From Parasitella parasitica NRRL 2501 (lineage: Eukaryota; Fungi; Mucoromycota): DNA of 64,000 bases. The stretch's first letter is position 1. Every line of letters starts with the position of its first letter. Location: positions 29,141-93,140 of the forward strand of contig MU619362.1 in assembly GCA_025201805.1 (NCBI GenBank), in the 5' to 3' direction. The notes below the pieces were generated by a model. The model did no database searches and was not told the origin of the DNA. It saw only the letters and a list, made by a program, of their open reading frames with translations. The translations under genes and the position numbers were made by a program. Positions 13,372 to 26,005 of the stretch are shown in pieces.

Positions 13372-16300
13372 CTACTGATGTGGAAGTGTTGTTTTTGTTT
13401 GCACTTTAGTGTCATTTTGTTCTCCATAATTCACGGGCGTTTGAGCAGTGTGGCTGTGCGTTGCAATGTTTGTTGCAGCTGTCGCCGCTGCGGCAGCTGC
13501 ATAGAAATTGGCCACCATGAATGCAGTTTGCTCTTCGCTAACGCCATCTTTGTCTGTAATCTTGTATTTGGCTTGCAAAGCGGCTGCTAGATCTGGATTA
13601 ATTGAAAATTGACCAGGTAATGTAACCCCTAAACTTGCACCAGGGGTTGAATCGACCATCACCATATTGATTTCTTCCATCAATCGTTTGTATCCCTGCA
13701 CATGTTGTAATTTTAACTTGCATAATATCTGCTTTACCCGCTCAGCAATACGCTGTCTTTCTCTCAATTCGATGTATGAACTGGAGAGGATTTTCTGAAC
13801 TAGACTCACGCCATGTACCTGGTCATGGAGCACCTCATCAATCAAAGGAGAAACTTCGCTACTGCTGCTGTTGTTTGGGCTGAAAAATAGAGCATCTATA
13901 ATGAGAGCCCTTGCCTCGGGCTCCTGTCGCTGGTTAATAAGCTTGAGTACGGTAAGAGAGGCTAGCTTATGAGTGCATAACTGCGCTAGATGAGGTAATA
14001 AACGAGGTGCTAAGACGCGATAACGGCCCGGTATGCCAGAAGTGTCTAGCAGCCAAATCAGCAAAAGTGCTCCATTTGCGTTGGTGGCTAAAAGCAAGGC
14101 ATGTTGCACAAGCGAAGCAGCTACATATTTCTGTCAAAGTGAAATACGAATAATCAGCAAAAACGTCAGTTTAGTAACCTGTAGCTTACATTGACACCTG
14201 CCATACCTGTTGTCTCTTTGTCACATGTGGGCTTTCCAATGTTGCTCTGACTGCTCGTGCGCCAAACCTGCCCTGTGCAATCTCCCAGCACGAATCCACA
14301 ATAGCATCAAAAATAAATTGGTTGCGGCTAGGGCCCAGTCCTAAGCAACACTGCACCACGTAATTCCCAAACTGGTCTAATAGCAATGCAGGCACGTAAG
14401 GTTTGATATGGCCACAAATAAGAGAAATATGCGCGGGGAATCTGGTCGTATCGATGATCTTTTGTGCCGCCCAGGTTCCGTTTTTATGGACGCCGATAGA
14501 AGCTAAAAATGGCGCTACGGCTTCAAGCATAATCGATTTTGTCATTTCCGAACATCGCTCAAACAGTCTCTGGATAACTGTATTCCCAATGTAATCTGTA
14601 AGCCATGTTTAATTGGACCATATTAACATTCTCATGCAACGCAATTATTTACCACTGCACAATTCTACGAGCTCGTCGACGCATTCAATAGCAATGATTT
14701 CCAACTCTTTTGTCGAAACATTTCCGGTGTCTAATCTTTTTCTAATGTCCCTCAGGCGGGAGATGTCTACCTTTCTTGACTGGCCCAGTTCTGGAGCAGC
14801 AGGGATACCGTGGTAATAGTGATGAGGTAAATGAAGGCCTAATTTTGTTTAATTAAGGAGAGACACCGTTCCGTTTTTAGCTGTTGCAATTTTGAGGGGC
14901 AATGTTATTAATGTTTACCGTCAAAGATCGGACCATCCGAATCATCCTCGCCAAACTCTTGCATAATCAATTTACGTTCAGTTATGATGCCAGAGAACAC
15001 ACTGGCACTAGCACTGGCACTGCTTCTTTTGCTGCTGCCCATCATATCCATCATGTAAACCATCATTTGCTGCTGCTTTTGGTGGTCGCTCAGCGTGTGT
15101 TGGCATTGATTCGTGGTGTCGCTCGGGCTCCCCAATATGTGATACTGTTGTAGTTGATGCTGTGCGACGTCTATCGTTTTTGTTGTTGTTGTTGTTGTTG
15201 TTGAGGGATATTGAAAACCAGCAACGACATCTGGAATGCTACCCACAAGGCCGCCATTGGTAGTTGCATTATTGTTGTTGTGTAATTTGATTGCAGGAAC
15301 TTTTGCAAATCCTATTTTCACTGGACCAGTGCCAGGGCCCATTATCTCGCTATTTTGAAGCGAGTTTTTAGCCTTTACAGCATCTTCTTGGTGAAAGAAG
15401 TTGATAAAGCCGCAATTTTTATGAGTCAGAACACGAACAGATTCAATCTTACCAAACGAAGAGAATACAGAGCCCAAAATTGCCTGCGTGGTGTTGATTG
15501 GAATATTACCCACCCCTATAAAAACAACAGCATGTTAGTTTTACTATGACATATAACAAGCTGTAAGCATTACATAGCGCTCTTGTGGGCCCTTGTGCGC
15601 TTTCGTTTGTCCCCATCGCCAGGTTGCTATTTGCTGTTGCGGCTGTAGCTGCAGTAGCACTAGTTGTGGTGGTGGTGGTGGTAGGTGACGATGCCACAGA
15701 GCCGGGTGGCACAGCATCCGGTTTGCCAAACCCTACTTTAACTGAGGACATCGAATGAGAATAAAGCCGGTTTCCCATCTTGTTGACTAGCGCATCTCTT
15801 GCTTTCAGTGCTTCTTCCACGGTTGTAAAGTTGATGAAAGCGCATTCTCGGTCGGGTAAAATACGGATGCTCTCGATGATGCCAAATTTGGAAAAAATCG
15901 TTTGGAGTTCGTTTGTCGATTGATTCGTTAGTTCAAGCTGGCCCAGCCATAGCGATCGAGTAGGCAATTGGTCGAATATCGAGGAAGAGGATGCGTCCAT
16001 CACCATGTCTGCCAAATTGATGCTGCCGTTCGATAGTTGTTCGTACGATGAAGATAGACTTCCGCCAGCCGTAAATGAGTCCTATAAATATACACCAGAA
16101 CATTTCTATTTTAGTACCATGTTTTAAGAAAGGGGAAAATAAGGGGAAGATGGAAGTTATATTTATACATGTACAGAATGATTCATAGACACACAGGAGG
16201 GGGGGATAAGGGCAATATCAATTACGACAACAAAATGACAAGTGAGAGAAAGAATAATACGTTACCCTTGTCCATCCATTCATATTGGCCTCTACGTCTT

Positions 16301-17040
16301 CATTCTGAATGATGGAATGCGAGCCGCTTGGAGAGTTTGCAGCAGTGGCCGTCGTTTTTCTTTGTCTCGCAATCATCTCCAACAAGTCAGCAGAGCTGTT
16401 GGAGCTTCTCAAGAACGGACGATTGTTAAATTGCTGCTGCTGTAAATCCGAATACCAAATAGATCGATGAGGCAAAAGGGGGCTACTATCCTCTTGCTGC
16501 TGTTGGTCTACAGCGCTCATAGCACGGGGTCTATTTTGTTGATGATGAGAGAATCGAAGATTGGCAACCGAGGAACGAAGGTCTTCACTCCTAAAATAAT
16601 TTGCATTGTACCATTCAGCTTGGGATGGGTGGTTTTCAGACAGTGTTTGCAGAGATGACAACGAAAAACTTGAATGAATAGTGCTGGAAGACGAGTTGCT
16701 TTCGTCCAAACCTAATGAAGCAAATGTGCTTGCAATCGTATTGCCATCATCCCCTTTTAATAATTGATCTGTTGTAGGCGTAGTTGGACTTTGTATGGTC
16801 TCGTTTATCCAATGATGATGGTGGCGGTTCGGATCAATCATTAAATGAGATGTTGATTGCGTCGGCATGGTTTCAGCGCGAGGTCGGCGGACAGTTCTGC
16901 CGTCTTCCTCACCCTCTTCTTGTTCATACCAATGATTTAAACCACTATATCGCGTTTGAATTTATGTTAATATGCATAAATTGTGAATCATAAACGAACG
17001 AAATTAATGCAAACCTTGAAATATGGTTGCTGGTATCCAT
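13372..17040 (-). CDS. Pumilio-repeat plus RRM RNA-binding protein (JSN1/PUF1-PUF2-like), multi-exon; start is approximate
   Basis: Two RRMs (TRSLWLGQL...CAFINF; GNIP...NCGFINF...VKIGFAK); Pumilio repeats GNTVIQRLFE, HKNGTWAAQKII, DQFGNYVVQCCL, GRFGARAVRA. Confidence 0.9.
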
Positions 17041-19000
17041 TGTGTGCAATACAATTGAATATAATGTATTTTCTAAATGGATCGCCCTTGTATATTATAT
17101 AGCGAGAAAACTGTAAATCAACTTTGCTCTTCTCTCTTTTATTTTTTTTATTTTTCTTTTTTTGCGTGTGTGTGTGTGTGTTTTTTCCTCGTAGTTTATG
17201 ATATAGTCAGATTTTGGGTTCCTGATTTATTTTTTCTTTTGATTTTCTTCGTGTGGTATAAATTAAATGTACAGTTTTTAAGTGATACACTGAAAATTAT
17301 CAAACAACAACCACAAAAATAAAAAGAAAAGGAAAAAAAGATAGAGAGTGAAAGAAGAAGGGAGAGAAACACAATGTTGTGTTAATTTAGAAATTTAAAT
17401 GGTGATTCTAAAAAAAAACAATTTGGGGCTTACTAAAAAAAGTATTGGCAGTTTGAATTCATTAAAGGTGTATTTTATCTCGACAATAACTGATATGACG
17501 CTTAGAGTGGCCACAGAATCTACAAAGATTACTATCACGTACAATGTTGCAAGCATCAGCAATCCTTTGAGATAAATTTTCCACAGCCATTAGGTTCTCA
17601 TGCTTTACCTTTCTTTTTTACGAGAGCCCAGAAGTTCTCAAATGAGTTCAATTCTGGTGAAAATGGAGGTAAATATATGACTCTGTAGCCTTTGCCCTCG
17701 ATCTTTCTCATCATTGAATGTGATTTGTGAATGGTACAGTTATCCATCACAAGATAGGTTCGTTTAATTTTTGTTATATTTCAATTGCTAGAGGCTGACC
17801 ATTAAACATTAAGCCTATAACATTCCATTATACTCCAAACAGAAACGACACTTTTTTGCAGACCTTCTTGAGATAATTGACATACATGAAAAGTATGTAT
17901 TGCCATTCCCTTCTTTTTTAACGCGTCGTTGATCTGTGAGGAAGTAGCAAACCGGATTATGCTACATGCGATCATGCCTCATAACAGGTCATCAGAAAAT
18001 GAACTTCACTTGAAAACCAGAGCGAATTAAGCGTATCGAAAGCATGAAAAGTTATTTGTGCTGAATATTTCTATTCAATCAATGCTTGTAGTAGGTATCG
18101 CTAAGTACCTTTATCAGAGAGTATATCACCATGGAAATGGTATCCAATGGCCCTATACCAACACTTCGAGAGGCGGACAAAAAAAAAGAAAATTGGCCTG
18201 CAAAACGCAAGTTTGGGACATTTACTATAGTTGATGTATTCGCAAAGAACATATACCAGTGCAAATCTACAAAATATACAATTGAGTTTCTTTTTAAGGT
18301 ATTCACTTGTTGCCGTAAGCAACGCTACCACAGCAAATCTCGATCAACCTGCCATTAATGCGTAAACATTGCTACTGCAATGCCTAGGCTTACCTACTCC
18401 TTTTTCTTTTTTCTTTTTTACAAACGCAAATGACGCACAATAAAGTATAGCTTTAATTTAAGCCTTTCAATGCTATTAACATTGGGTTAAACAGGCCTGG
18501 AAATAACAATGGCTTTACTGATGTCTTGGAGTTAGTCTTCCTAATTCTTTGAGAATACGGTTCATCAACCTTTGCTCTAATCTGTCACACCAATAACGTA
18601 GTTGTTCGCAATTTATTGATGTTGCTCAATTGTAGTCTTTTTCCTTTTTAGCCATTCTTAATACATACAGGTTGAGTGAGCATATCATTTATGTACCTGT
18701 GCAAGTCATCTACATTGTGTAGACGACCCCTCACAATAGTATATCATGTATCATCTGACAGAATGTGACGATTCTCATCCATACAAAAGGCAAGCTGTGT
18801 TGTCTTGTGTGGTTATTCCCCTTCTTTACATATACTTCTTTCTTTTCTTTTCTTTTTCCTCTTGTCTTTTTCTTCTGCGTCTTTTTCTCTTCAATTACAT
18901 ATCTGCAATTGAACATCTGCGCCTGTGCCTGTGTCTATCTGTGTGTAAATACTTATCTATCCTATAAAAAAGAGCTCAATCATTAAACCATCCAGCTGTT

Positions 19001-19576
19001 ATGGGACTTTTTTATCGCACCTACTTGGAGGGCCCATCCATTGTGTTTGGCTGCTCTGAATGCGGTGCCCATCTAGCAACATCGGAAGCTATTATATCAA
19101 GCGTAAGCTATTATTTATCTTCGTCATGCATATAGGATAAACTCTAAACTCAACCATATAGCAATTTCGAGGTCAACACGGTCCAGCTTTTCTATTTGAA
19201 AAAGTGTAAATACGCATCTAATGCAGGCTGCATTTACATTTTACTCATTATAATTGAATCATCTGAAAATAGAGTGAACATTATATTTGGTAAAGCAGAA
19301 GATAGAGACATGACGACTGGATTACATAAAGTTCGAGATATATCATGTATTCAATGCTCAAAGATGCTTGGATGGACATATGTTCGTTTCTGAATTAATG
19401 AGCTGTTGCTGTGAAATATCAGAAACTGACCTTTTATTTTTTTTTTGATCTATTAGGTTAAAGCATATAACGCTGAAAATAGATATAAAGAGGGGAAATT
19501 TATACTAGAGAGAAAGCTGTTTAAGGATTTATCATCAAAGGCCAATCTTGGGAGCATTGAAAACACATTTGAATGA
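19001..19576 (+). CDS. Yippee/YPEL (MOH1-like) zinc-binding protein, 4 exons
   Basis: MGLFYRTYL..FGCSECGAHLA, QFRGQHGPAFLF, MTTGLHKVRDISCIQCSKMLGWTY, YKEGKFILER. Confidence 0.9.
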
Positions 19577-20116
19577 CCAAAACTTGATATTGTATCATAT
19601 CCAACACCGCCATCAACTTCTTTTTCTCAATTAGATTAGTTAAATGCCTTGCCATCCAAATATTGTATTACAATTCTTGGATTTTTATCATCATACAATG
19701 TACAACCCAACATTTACACTCGGGTATCTTTTTATTCATGGAATCAACATACGAGAATAGTTTTTTTATTTTTATTTTTACAATATGAGGCAATATATCC
19801 CAAGAAAGTAACTCTCAACTCAAATAAATGTCACTAAATGTTATCATCTGCAAATCTTTGTCGCTCCCAATGGCCCGTTTTTCGTACTAGAGAACCATAA
19901 ACATGATAGCATGGCGAGCATCAACACCATAGACTCTGTAGGTCTTTCGTGACTAACAACGTGACATCATGGTCAAAAATTTTCTAGTTTGTAAACTGAA
20001 AAGCAAACCATCGAAGTTGATAGAACTCCTTCTCCATTGTAATCTATACTTTACAGTAAGTATCAAAATCATGCTCAAAAGTGAAAAGAAACAGAAGTTT
20101 AATGCCACGATCAGTC

Positions 20117-21448
20117 ATGCCACCCAAGAAGGCTGTCAAGGAAGAAAAGACCATGCTGGGCCGCCCCTCCAACAACTTGAAGATTGGTGTGGTTGGTCTC
20201 CCCAATGTCGGTAAATCCACCTTCTTCAACGCCCTCACAAATGCTTCTGCTGCTGCCGAGAACTATCCTTTCTGTACCATTGGTATGTACTGGAGACAGT
20301 TATACTTCTAGATCCTAACCAAAACCGCATTCTTGTTTTTGACATCTGCCAGACCCTGAGGAGTCTCGTGTTGCTGTTCCTGATAAGCGTTTCAACTGGT
20401 TGTGTGAGCATTACAAGCCTGCCAAAGAAATCCCTGCTTATGTGAGTATTCGCCGTTGACTTTTGCATAGTCATGTTAATTCATCGATCCTTTATGTAAA
20501 TAGTTGACTGTTATTGATATTGCCGGGCTTGTAAAGGGTGCTTCCTCTGGCGCTGGCTTGGGTAACGCTTTTTTGTCGCACATCAAAGCTGTTGATGCGA
20601 TTTTCCATGTTGTTCGTGCTTTTGATGAGTCCGATGTTATTCATGTTGAAGGTGAATTGGATCCTATTCGTGATTTAGAAATCATTCGTGAGGAATTGCG
20701 TTTGAAAGATGAAGAATTCCTCACAAAGCAATCTGCCGAATTGAATGCTGCTGTTCGTCGTGTTGGTAACGGTGGCAATGCTAACGATAAAGCTAAAAAG
20801 GAGGAGGCTGCTACCATTGAAAAGGTGCTAGAATATGTTAAAGAAGGTAACGATGTTCGTCATGGTACTTGGACCAACAAAGAAGTCGATGTTATCAACA
20901 ACTTCCATCTTATCACTGCTAAACCTGTTATATATCTTGCCAATCTGTCTGAAAAGGACTACATTCGCAAGAAGAATAAGTGGCTTCCCAAGATCAAGGA
21001 ATGGATCGATAAGAAATCTGCTGGTGACCCTATGATTCCTTATTCAGCTGCCTTTGAATACCGCCTCACACTCGCTACTAGTGAAGAAGAAAAAAAGGCT
21101 ATCGAGGCCGAAGCTAAATCTGCCTTACCCAATATCATCATTAAGGGGTACGCTGCTCTTAACCTGATTTACTATTTTACTGGTGGTCCTGACGAAGTCA
21201 GAGCTTGGACTGTACGTAAAAATACTAAAGCTCCTGGTGCTGCAGGCGTCATTCACTCCGATTTTGAACGTGGTTTCATCATGGCTGAAATTATGAAATT
21301 CGATGATTTGAAGGAGTTGGGCTCTGACAATGCAGTTAAAGCTGGTGGCAAGTATATGCAGAAGGGTAAGGACTATGTTGTTGAAGATGGTGACATTATT
21401 TTCTTCAAGTTTAACGTTACCGCTCCTGCTGCTGGAAAGAAGAAGTAG
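20117..21448 (+). CDS. OLA1: Obg-like ATPase 1 (YchF/OLA1), 3 exons
   Basis: [34 protein letters not shown] domain [39 protein letters not shown]. Confidence 0.96.
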
Positions 21449-21897
21449 ACGATATATTTTTACCAAATAAAATATAAAATATACATTTCAACATTGTAAC
21501 TTGGGGGATTTGATATTACATTTACTTTTCGTAGTGTGTCACTTGGCGATATCATATGTTTAGGTCTGAATCGTACGTACGACTCATTCATTCGCTATGA
21601 ATGCATCTTGGCGAATTAATTTAAACACAAGGTCAAGACGATACTTGATAGGTACGATAATGTTGCAACGCATGTGCGTAAGATGCAATTTTTGGCCTTT
21701 TCCTCCCAGATAATTTTTTTTGAAAACATGAATGTAGCAATTGAAGTTGTAGCTCAGGTGATAATTTAGAAGAATAAGACGATAAAAGAACTATAGGGTA
21801 TTTGATTTTTTGATCATTACATTATGTTGTATTGATGAGGGTAACAATCAGAGCTCAGAAGGGTAAAGGAGGGGGGCGGAGGCCGCAAGCGAATATA

Positions 21898-22289
21898 TTT
21901 TTTTTGTAGTTAATATTTTATTTTATTCAAATATTATTTATAGAGGGACACATCGCGGAGTGGTGGACCTCGAACAACGAAAAAGACTAGCTGATATATG
22001 ACTATGTTTGTGAAGGGAGCAGTTTGTCAATGTGACAAACTGTCCGAGAGAGAAAGTGGGATATGGAGGAGGAAGAGAGTGGTGCCAGATTTTGTCGGCC
22101 GTGAAGCCAGTACAAGTTCCACATTTGCCACAAGGTCGTAGAGATGACAGCGATATAGCGGGAATGATCTTGGATAAAACGTGGGAGATGGAGATAGCGC
22201 ACGGTGCCATAGATAAGTTCAACAGTCAAGGGATAGTTGGCATAGTAATATCTTTTGAATATTATGGCTAGCCAAGAGTTGCAGATCAA
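21898..22289 (-). mobile_element. 3' fragment of a non-LTR (L1-like) retrotransposon: ORF2 C-terminus, 3' UTR and short A tail
   Basis: ORF 22002-22289 contains STTLWQMWNLYWLHG, the W-x-x-W C-terminal motif of fungal L1-like ORF2; AATAAA and an A8 run follow on the minus strand. Confidence 0.55.
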
Positions 22290-22379
22290 AGTTTTGATCT
22301 CGCTTCAGAAGCATGGAACAAGTCCAAAAATAGAAAAGGATCAATATTTTAGAAGTTGCTTTTTATGAAAAGACACAGG

Positions 22380-23690
22380 TGTTATGTCGTATGTATTTCT
22401 TATATGTAAATTTGTGTTTTCTGTTGATCACTTTAAATGATTATGGATATAAATCTATATTATATTGGATTTTTCATCCAGGATGTCTTGGTAGCAAAGA
22501 TTGAGAAAGAGAGAACCAATGGCAGATTTGACGAGTGTTGGAGTTGCTTCTATTTGTTCTTGATATTGGATTACGTCTTCTTAAAGCCATGCTAGCCTGG
22601 TCTTGATGATTGTGATCTTTGTGGAATATTCTGTGTAATTTAGAGTTCATATTCATAATAATTACAGAGATTCTTTTTATGCGTTGACTCACTTAATATT
22701 GATCTATAACATGTCTATAATTATAAAAATAAAACTATTATTGTATATAACTTTGGATATACACATCACTTAGTGGATCAAGTGATAGCTCAGGTAGCCC
22801 TGATCATGCTTGTGAATCTGGCTGAAACAATCATATGATTGTTTGTACAAAATGGTACAGACATTTTCAAGTATTTCTTGTATGAAAATCGTTGTTTCCT
22901 GCCAATATCTTTTTTCTATGGGTAAAAATGCTTTTATTCGAAAAAGCTGAGTTGTCGCTATGTTTGTGATAGAGTACAACTATCTAGTAGTAAAAGGGTA
23001 GAATGATGTACTATGTTAATGTCAAGTTGGGATTTCTAATTGCTGATATTGCTATCTTCTGGACCATTATTTACTATTCAATAAACGTGGATATTACTGG
23101 ACAGTAGTAATTGACAGCAATGTGATTTATCAGAATGAGAAATTATTCAAATAAAACGGTTGTGAATTAATCAGGTGAAGATCTCGTTTATTACATGGAA
23201 AAAATGATGGTTTATATACTAGTGAATCTAAGTGGACTGATGGGAGGATAAGATACAAGTGTGAGACATGGTGTGATTTAGAGAATGGAACGATATGATG
23301 TGAATTACTGGCAGTCTTTCACACATCATATTGAATTAGTAAAGCAGATCTTAGTTCTTGACTAAGATCCTGAGAATAAAGTATTAATAATAAGAATTAT
23401 ACCATTAATATTATACATTTAAAGACGATTGTACAACTTGTACTCCACATTAATCAAACACAGCTTACTGCTTTCCCATGAAGCTTAATTTAATCAAGAT
23501 CAAGTTATTATATTAGTAACTTGAATTCACTATATTTTACTTTACTATAAATAAGATGAAGTGCAAGGAGCTAACCAGAACTTCACTTACATTTTAACTT
23601 TAATAAACCAAGAAGAGTTATAATTGTATTTTTCTAAGCTTTTTTTAATTTTTATAGCACGATAGATCGTATCTATTGTCCATGAACATG
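22380..23690. mobile_element. Cluster of degenerate LTR-like/repeat remnants
   Basis: AT-rich, no credible ORF, several TG...CA segments with TATAAATA followed by AATAAA (e.g. 23546 and 23602); includes the copy shared with 12250-12382. Confidence 0.45.
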
Positions 23691-23796
23691 TCATTGTTAT
23701 AAATAAGGAACATGATCCATTGGGACATGTTCCTGAATTGTGTTCAGGATTGAGTTTACTTGAGTTTGACTTCCGGTTGGGAAATTGACATATTAC

Positions 23797-24103
23797 TCTG
23801 TTTCAAATCAAGAAGGTTATTACTGTAAGTAACACAGATCTGAGCACCAGGATAAAGGTTAAAACACTTTCAGAAGATCAAAGACGTGTAGCCCTTGCTG
23901 TATAACCTCAAATCGTACCCTGTCAAGTAGATTGTCACTGTGAACTAGTCTTGTCAATTAGTAATCTAAATAAGTGACCATAAATTCATGTAGCTGTAAA
24001 AAGTATAAATAGCAGATGCAATTTCGATCTTAAATAAAGTATCTATTTAAGCTTCCGTATCTTGTAAACATTTGGTTTTTATTATCTTTTTTGACCAAAC
24101 ATC
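23797..24103 (+). repeat. LTR-like repeat, copy A (inverted partner of 24783-25089)
   Basis: ctctgtttcaaatcaagaaggttatt...gtataaatagcagatgcaatttcgatcttaaataaagtatct...; the reverse complement is at 24783-25089. Confidence 0.9.
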
Positions 24104-24439
24104 TCTAATACCGTAATTGCTGAACCTCATGGCTCTCGGGTAGACAACGATTAAAACGTTACAAATCAAATCGGAGTTCAAAATAACAAAATTTAAACAC
24201 CGAATGCATTGATGAATTACATTATTGTATTCTTCCAGCAATACCAAAAAAACATGCAGTAAAAACAACAAATTTGGTCGACACTTATGTATCAATCGCT
24301 CATTATTTTTGTCAACCTTACAATTGTTGTGTTGTATCCATATAAAGGCTACATATGTCATATCTAACTTAGTCATAATGCACGGATCATGATATTAATT
24401 GTTGGTAATTCTTTTACAAATAAGGAATAAGCTACAAGT

Positions 24440-24755
24440 TGTAATTGGACCTCTTGCAAGGTTCCAGGCTTATTCAAAGAATACATCTAGATCAGATCGC
24501 GGGATGTCGGGAAGACATCCTACCCAATCTTCTCTTTAATGTAAAATAGAAAGATAGGTCTGTCCTGGAAATGCTGTGATTTAATAAGGTTTGACACTTC
24601 TTGTCAAACATCAGATGTTATGTGGATAAACATTGATTGGGATATATTTTAGTATAAATAGAGATCATATCTTATGTCAATAAAAGTCTTCAGTTTTGTA
24701 TCTGGTTTTATTCAGAAAGTCTTTATTACTTTATACAAATCTTATTTACATAACA
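24440..24755 (+). mobile_element. Solo-LTR-like element between the inverted pair
   Basis: Begins TGTAAT and ends ATAACA; internal GTATAAATA (~24652) then AATAAAA (~24679); no TSD detected. Confidence 0.6.
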
Positions 24756-24782
24756 TTACGCTGCGCCCTTTGACACTGGCAC

Positions 24783-25089
24783 AACATGTTGGATCAAAAA
24801 GATAATAAAAAAACCAAAGGTTAACGAGATACGAAAACTAAAGATACTTTATTTAAGATCGAAATTGCATCTGCTATTTATACTTTTTACAACTACATTA
24901 ATTTATGGTGACTTATTTAGATTACTAATTGACAAGACTAGTTCACAGTGACAATCTACTTGACAGGGTACGATATGAGGTTATACAGCAAGGGCTACAC
25001 ACGTCTTTGATCTGACAGAGCCTTAACCTTTATCCTGGTGCTCAGATCTGTGTTACTTACAGGAATAACCTTCTTGATTTGAAACAGAG
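24783..25089 (-). repeat. LTR-like repeat, copy B (inverted partner of 23797-24103)
   Basis: agatactttatttaagatcgaaattgcatctgctatttatac...ccttcttgatttgaaacagag is the reverse complement of copy A with scattered substitutions and indels. Confidence 0.9.
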
Positions 25090-25868
25090 ACTTTATTCTC
25101 CAATTTACACAAGCGTATCACATCACATCATTGGACAATCTTCAATCTTCAATTGAAGTACATTGCCATGATCTCCTATCTATAATTATGGCAGATCAAC
25201 AATCTCTTCCTTGTCTGGTACGGCACTATATTTAGGCAATGTATACAAACACTTTACATTTTTACAAAAAGCAAGTGTAATATTGTCGGTCTCAAGTATA
25301 CCGCGCCGGCCGGTCGTCTCAATATATTGGTCGGTCATATCTTCAGCGACAAAGTACCGACTGGGTAGATTCGTCGGTCTCATTTCTGCCCACTCGGTAT
25401 AACTCTCGGTCTTATCGTACCGAGGAAAATATTTAAACACCGAAACACGTAAACTTTTCAAGGCTGGAAATATAATTTACTTTAATTGTTGTATAGCACT
25501 GTATGATATATGTAGACGAAAAAAATAAAATTTTCTCCTACTCAGATGGCAATTAGCAGAGAATATTCTTATGTTTGTTTTTCGCTGCTGTGTTTATTTT
25601 ATTCAGAGAAATGGGCTTAAGTCTATTCGGTAGTGACCTAGTCGCAAGACTTTTTCGCTACAGTATAATCTAGGCAGTCTCTGCCCTAGAGTGAAGATTT
25701 GGGTAACAACAGGTGAAAGTACAAGTGGGGGCCGTTGCAGTGCAACTTCGTTTATTGTCGTCGCACTCCGTAGCTTTTTGAAATATATAGGGGGGGGGAG
25801 AGCGGGTTCGCTCTGTTCTTTTTCATCTGTATATCTTTCCAGATAAAATGTCTCCTTAATCATTTAGT

Positions 25869-25973
25869 TACCTGGTTGATCCTGCCAGTAGTCATTTGCT
25901 TGTCTCAAGGATATTAAGCCATAATGCATGTCTAAAAGTATAAATAAATTTACAATGTGAAACTGCAAATGGC
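25869..25973 (+). pseudogene. Degenerate fragment of the 18S rRNA 5' end (about 105 nt), preceded by probable 5'-ETS sequence
   Basis: TACCTGGTTGATCCTGCCAGTAGTCAT(t)TGCTTGTCTCAA...GCATGTCTAA..GTATAAATAAATTTA...GTGAAACTGC..ATGGC matches the universal 18S start with small insertions; preceded by TAGT as at the A1 cleavage site. Confidence 0.92.
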
Positions 25974-26005
25974 CCAATCAATTACGATATCTACGTAACC
26001 TAGCG

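Noticed and set aside
25783-25799. TATATAGGGGGG resembling the plant Pol I initiation site upstream of the 18S fragment
   Set aside because: Only about 80 nt from the 18S start, too short for a 5'-ETS, and the consensus is from plants rather than fungi
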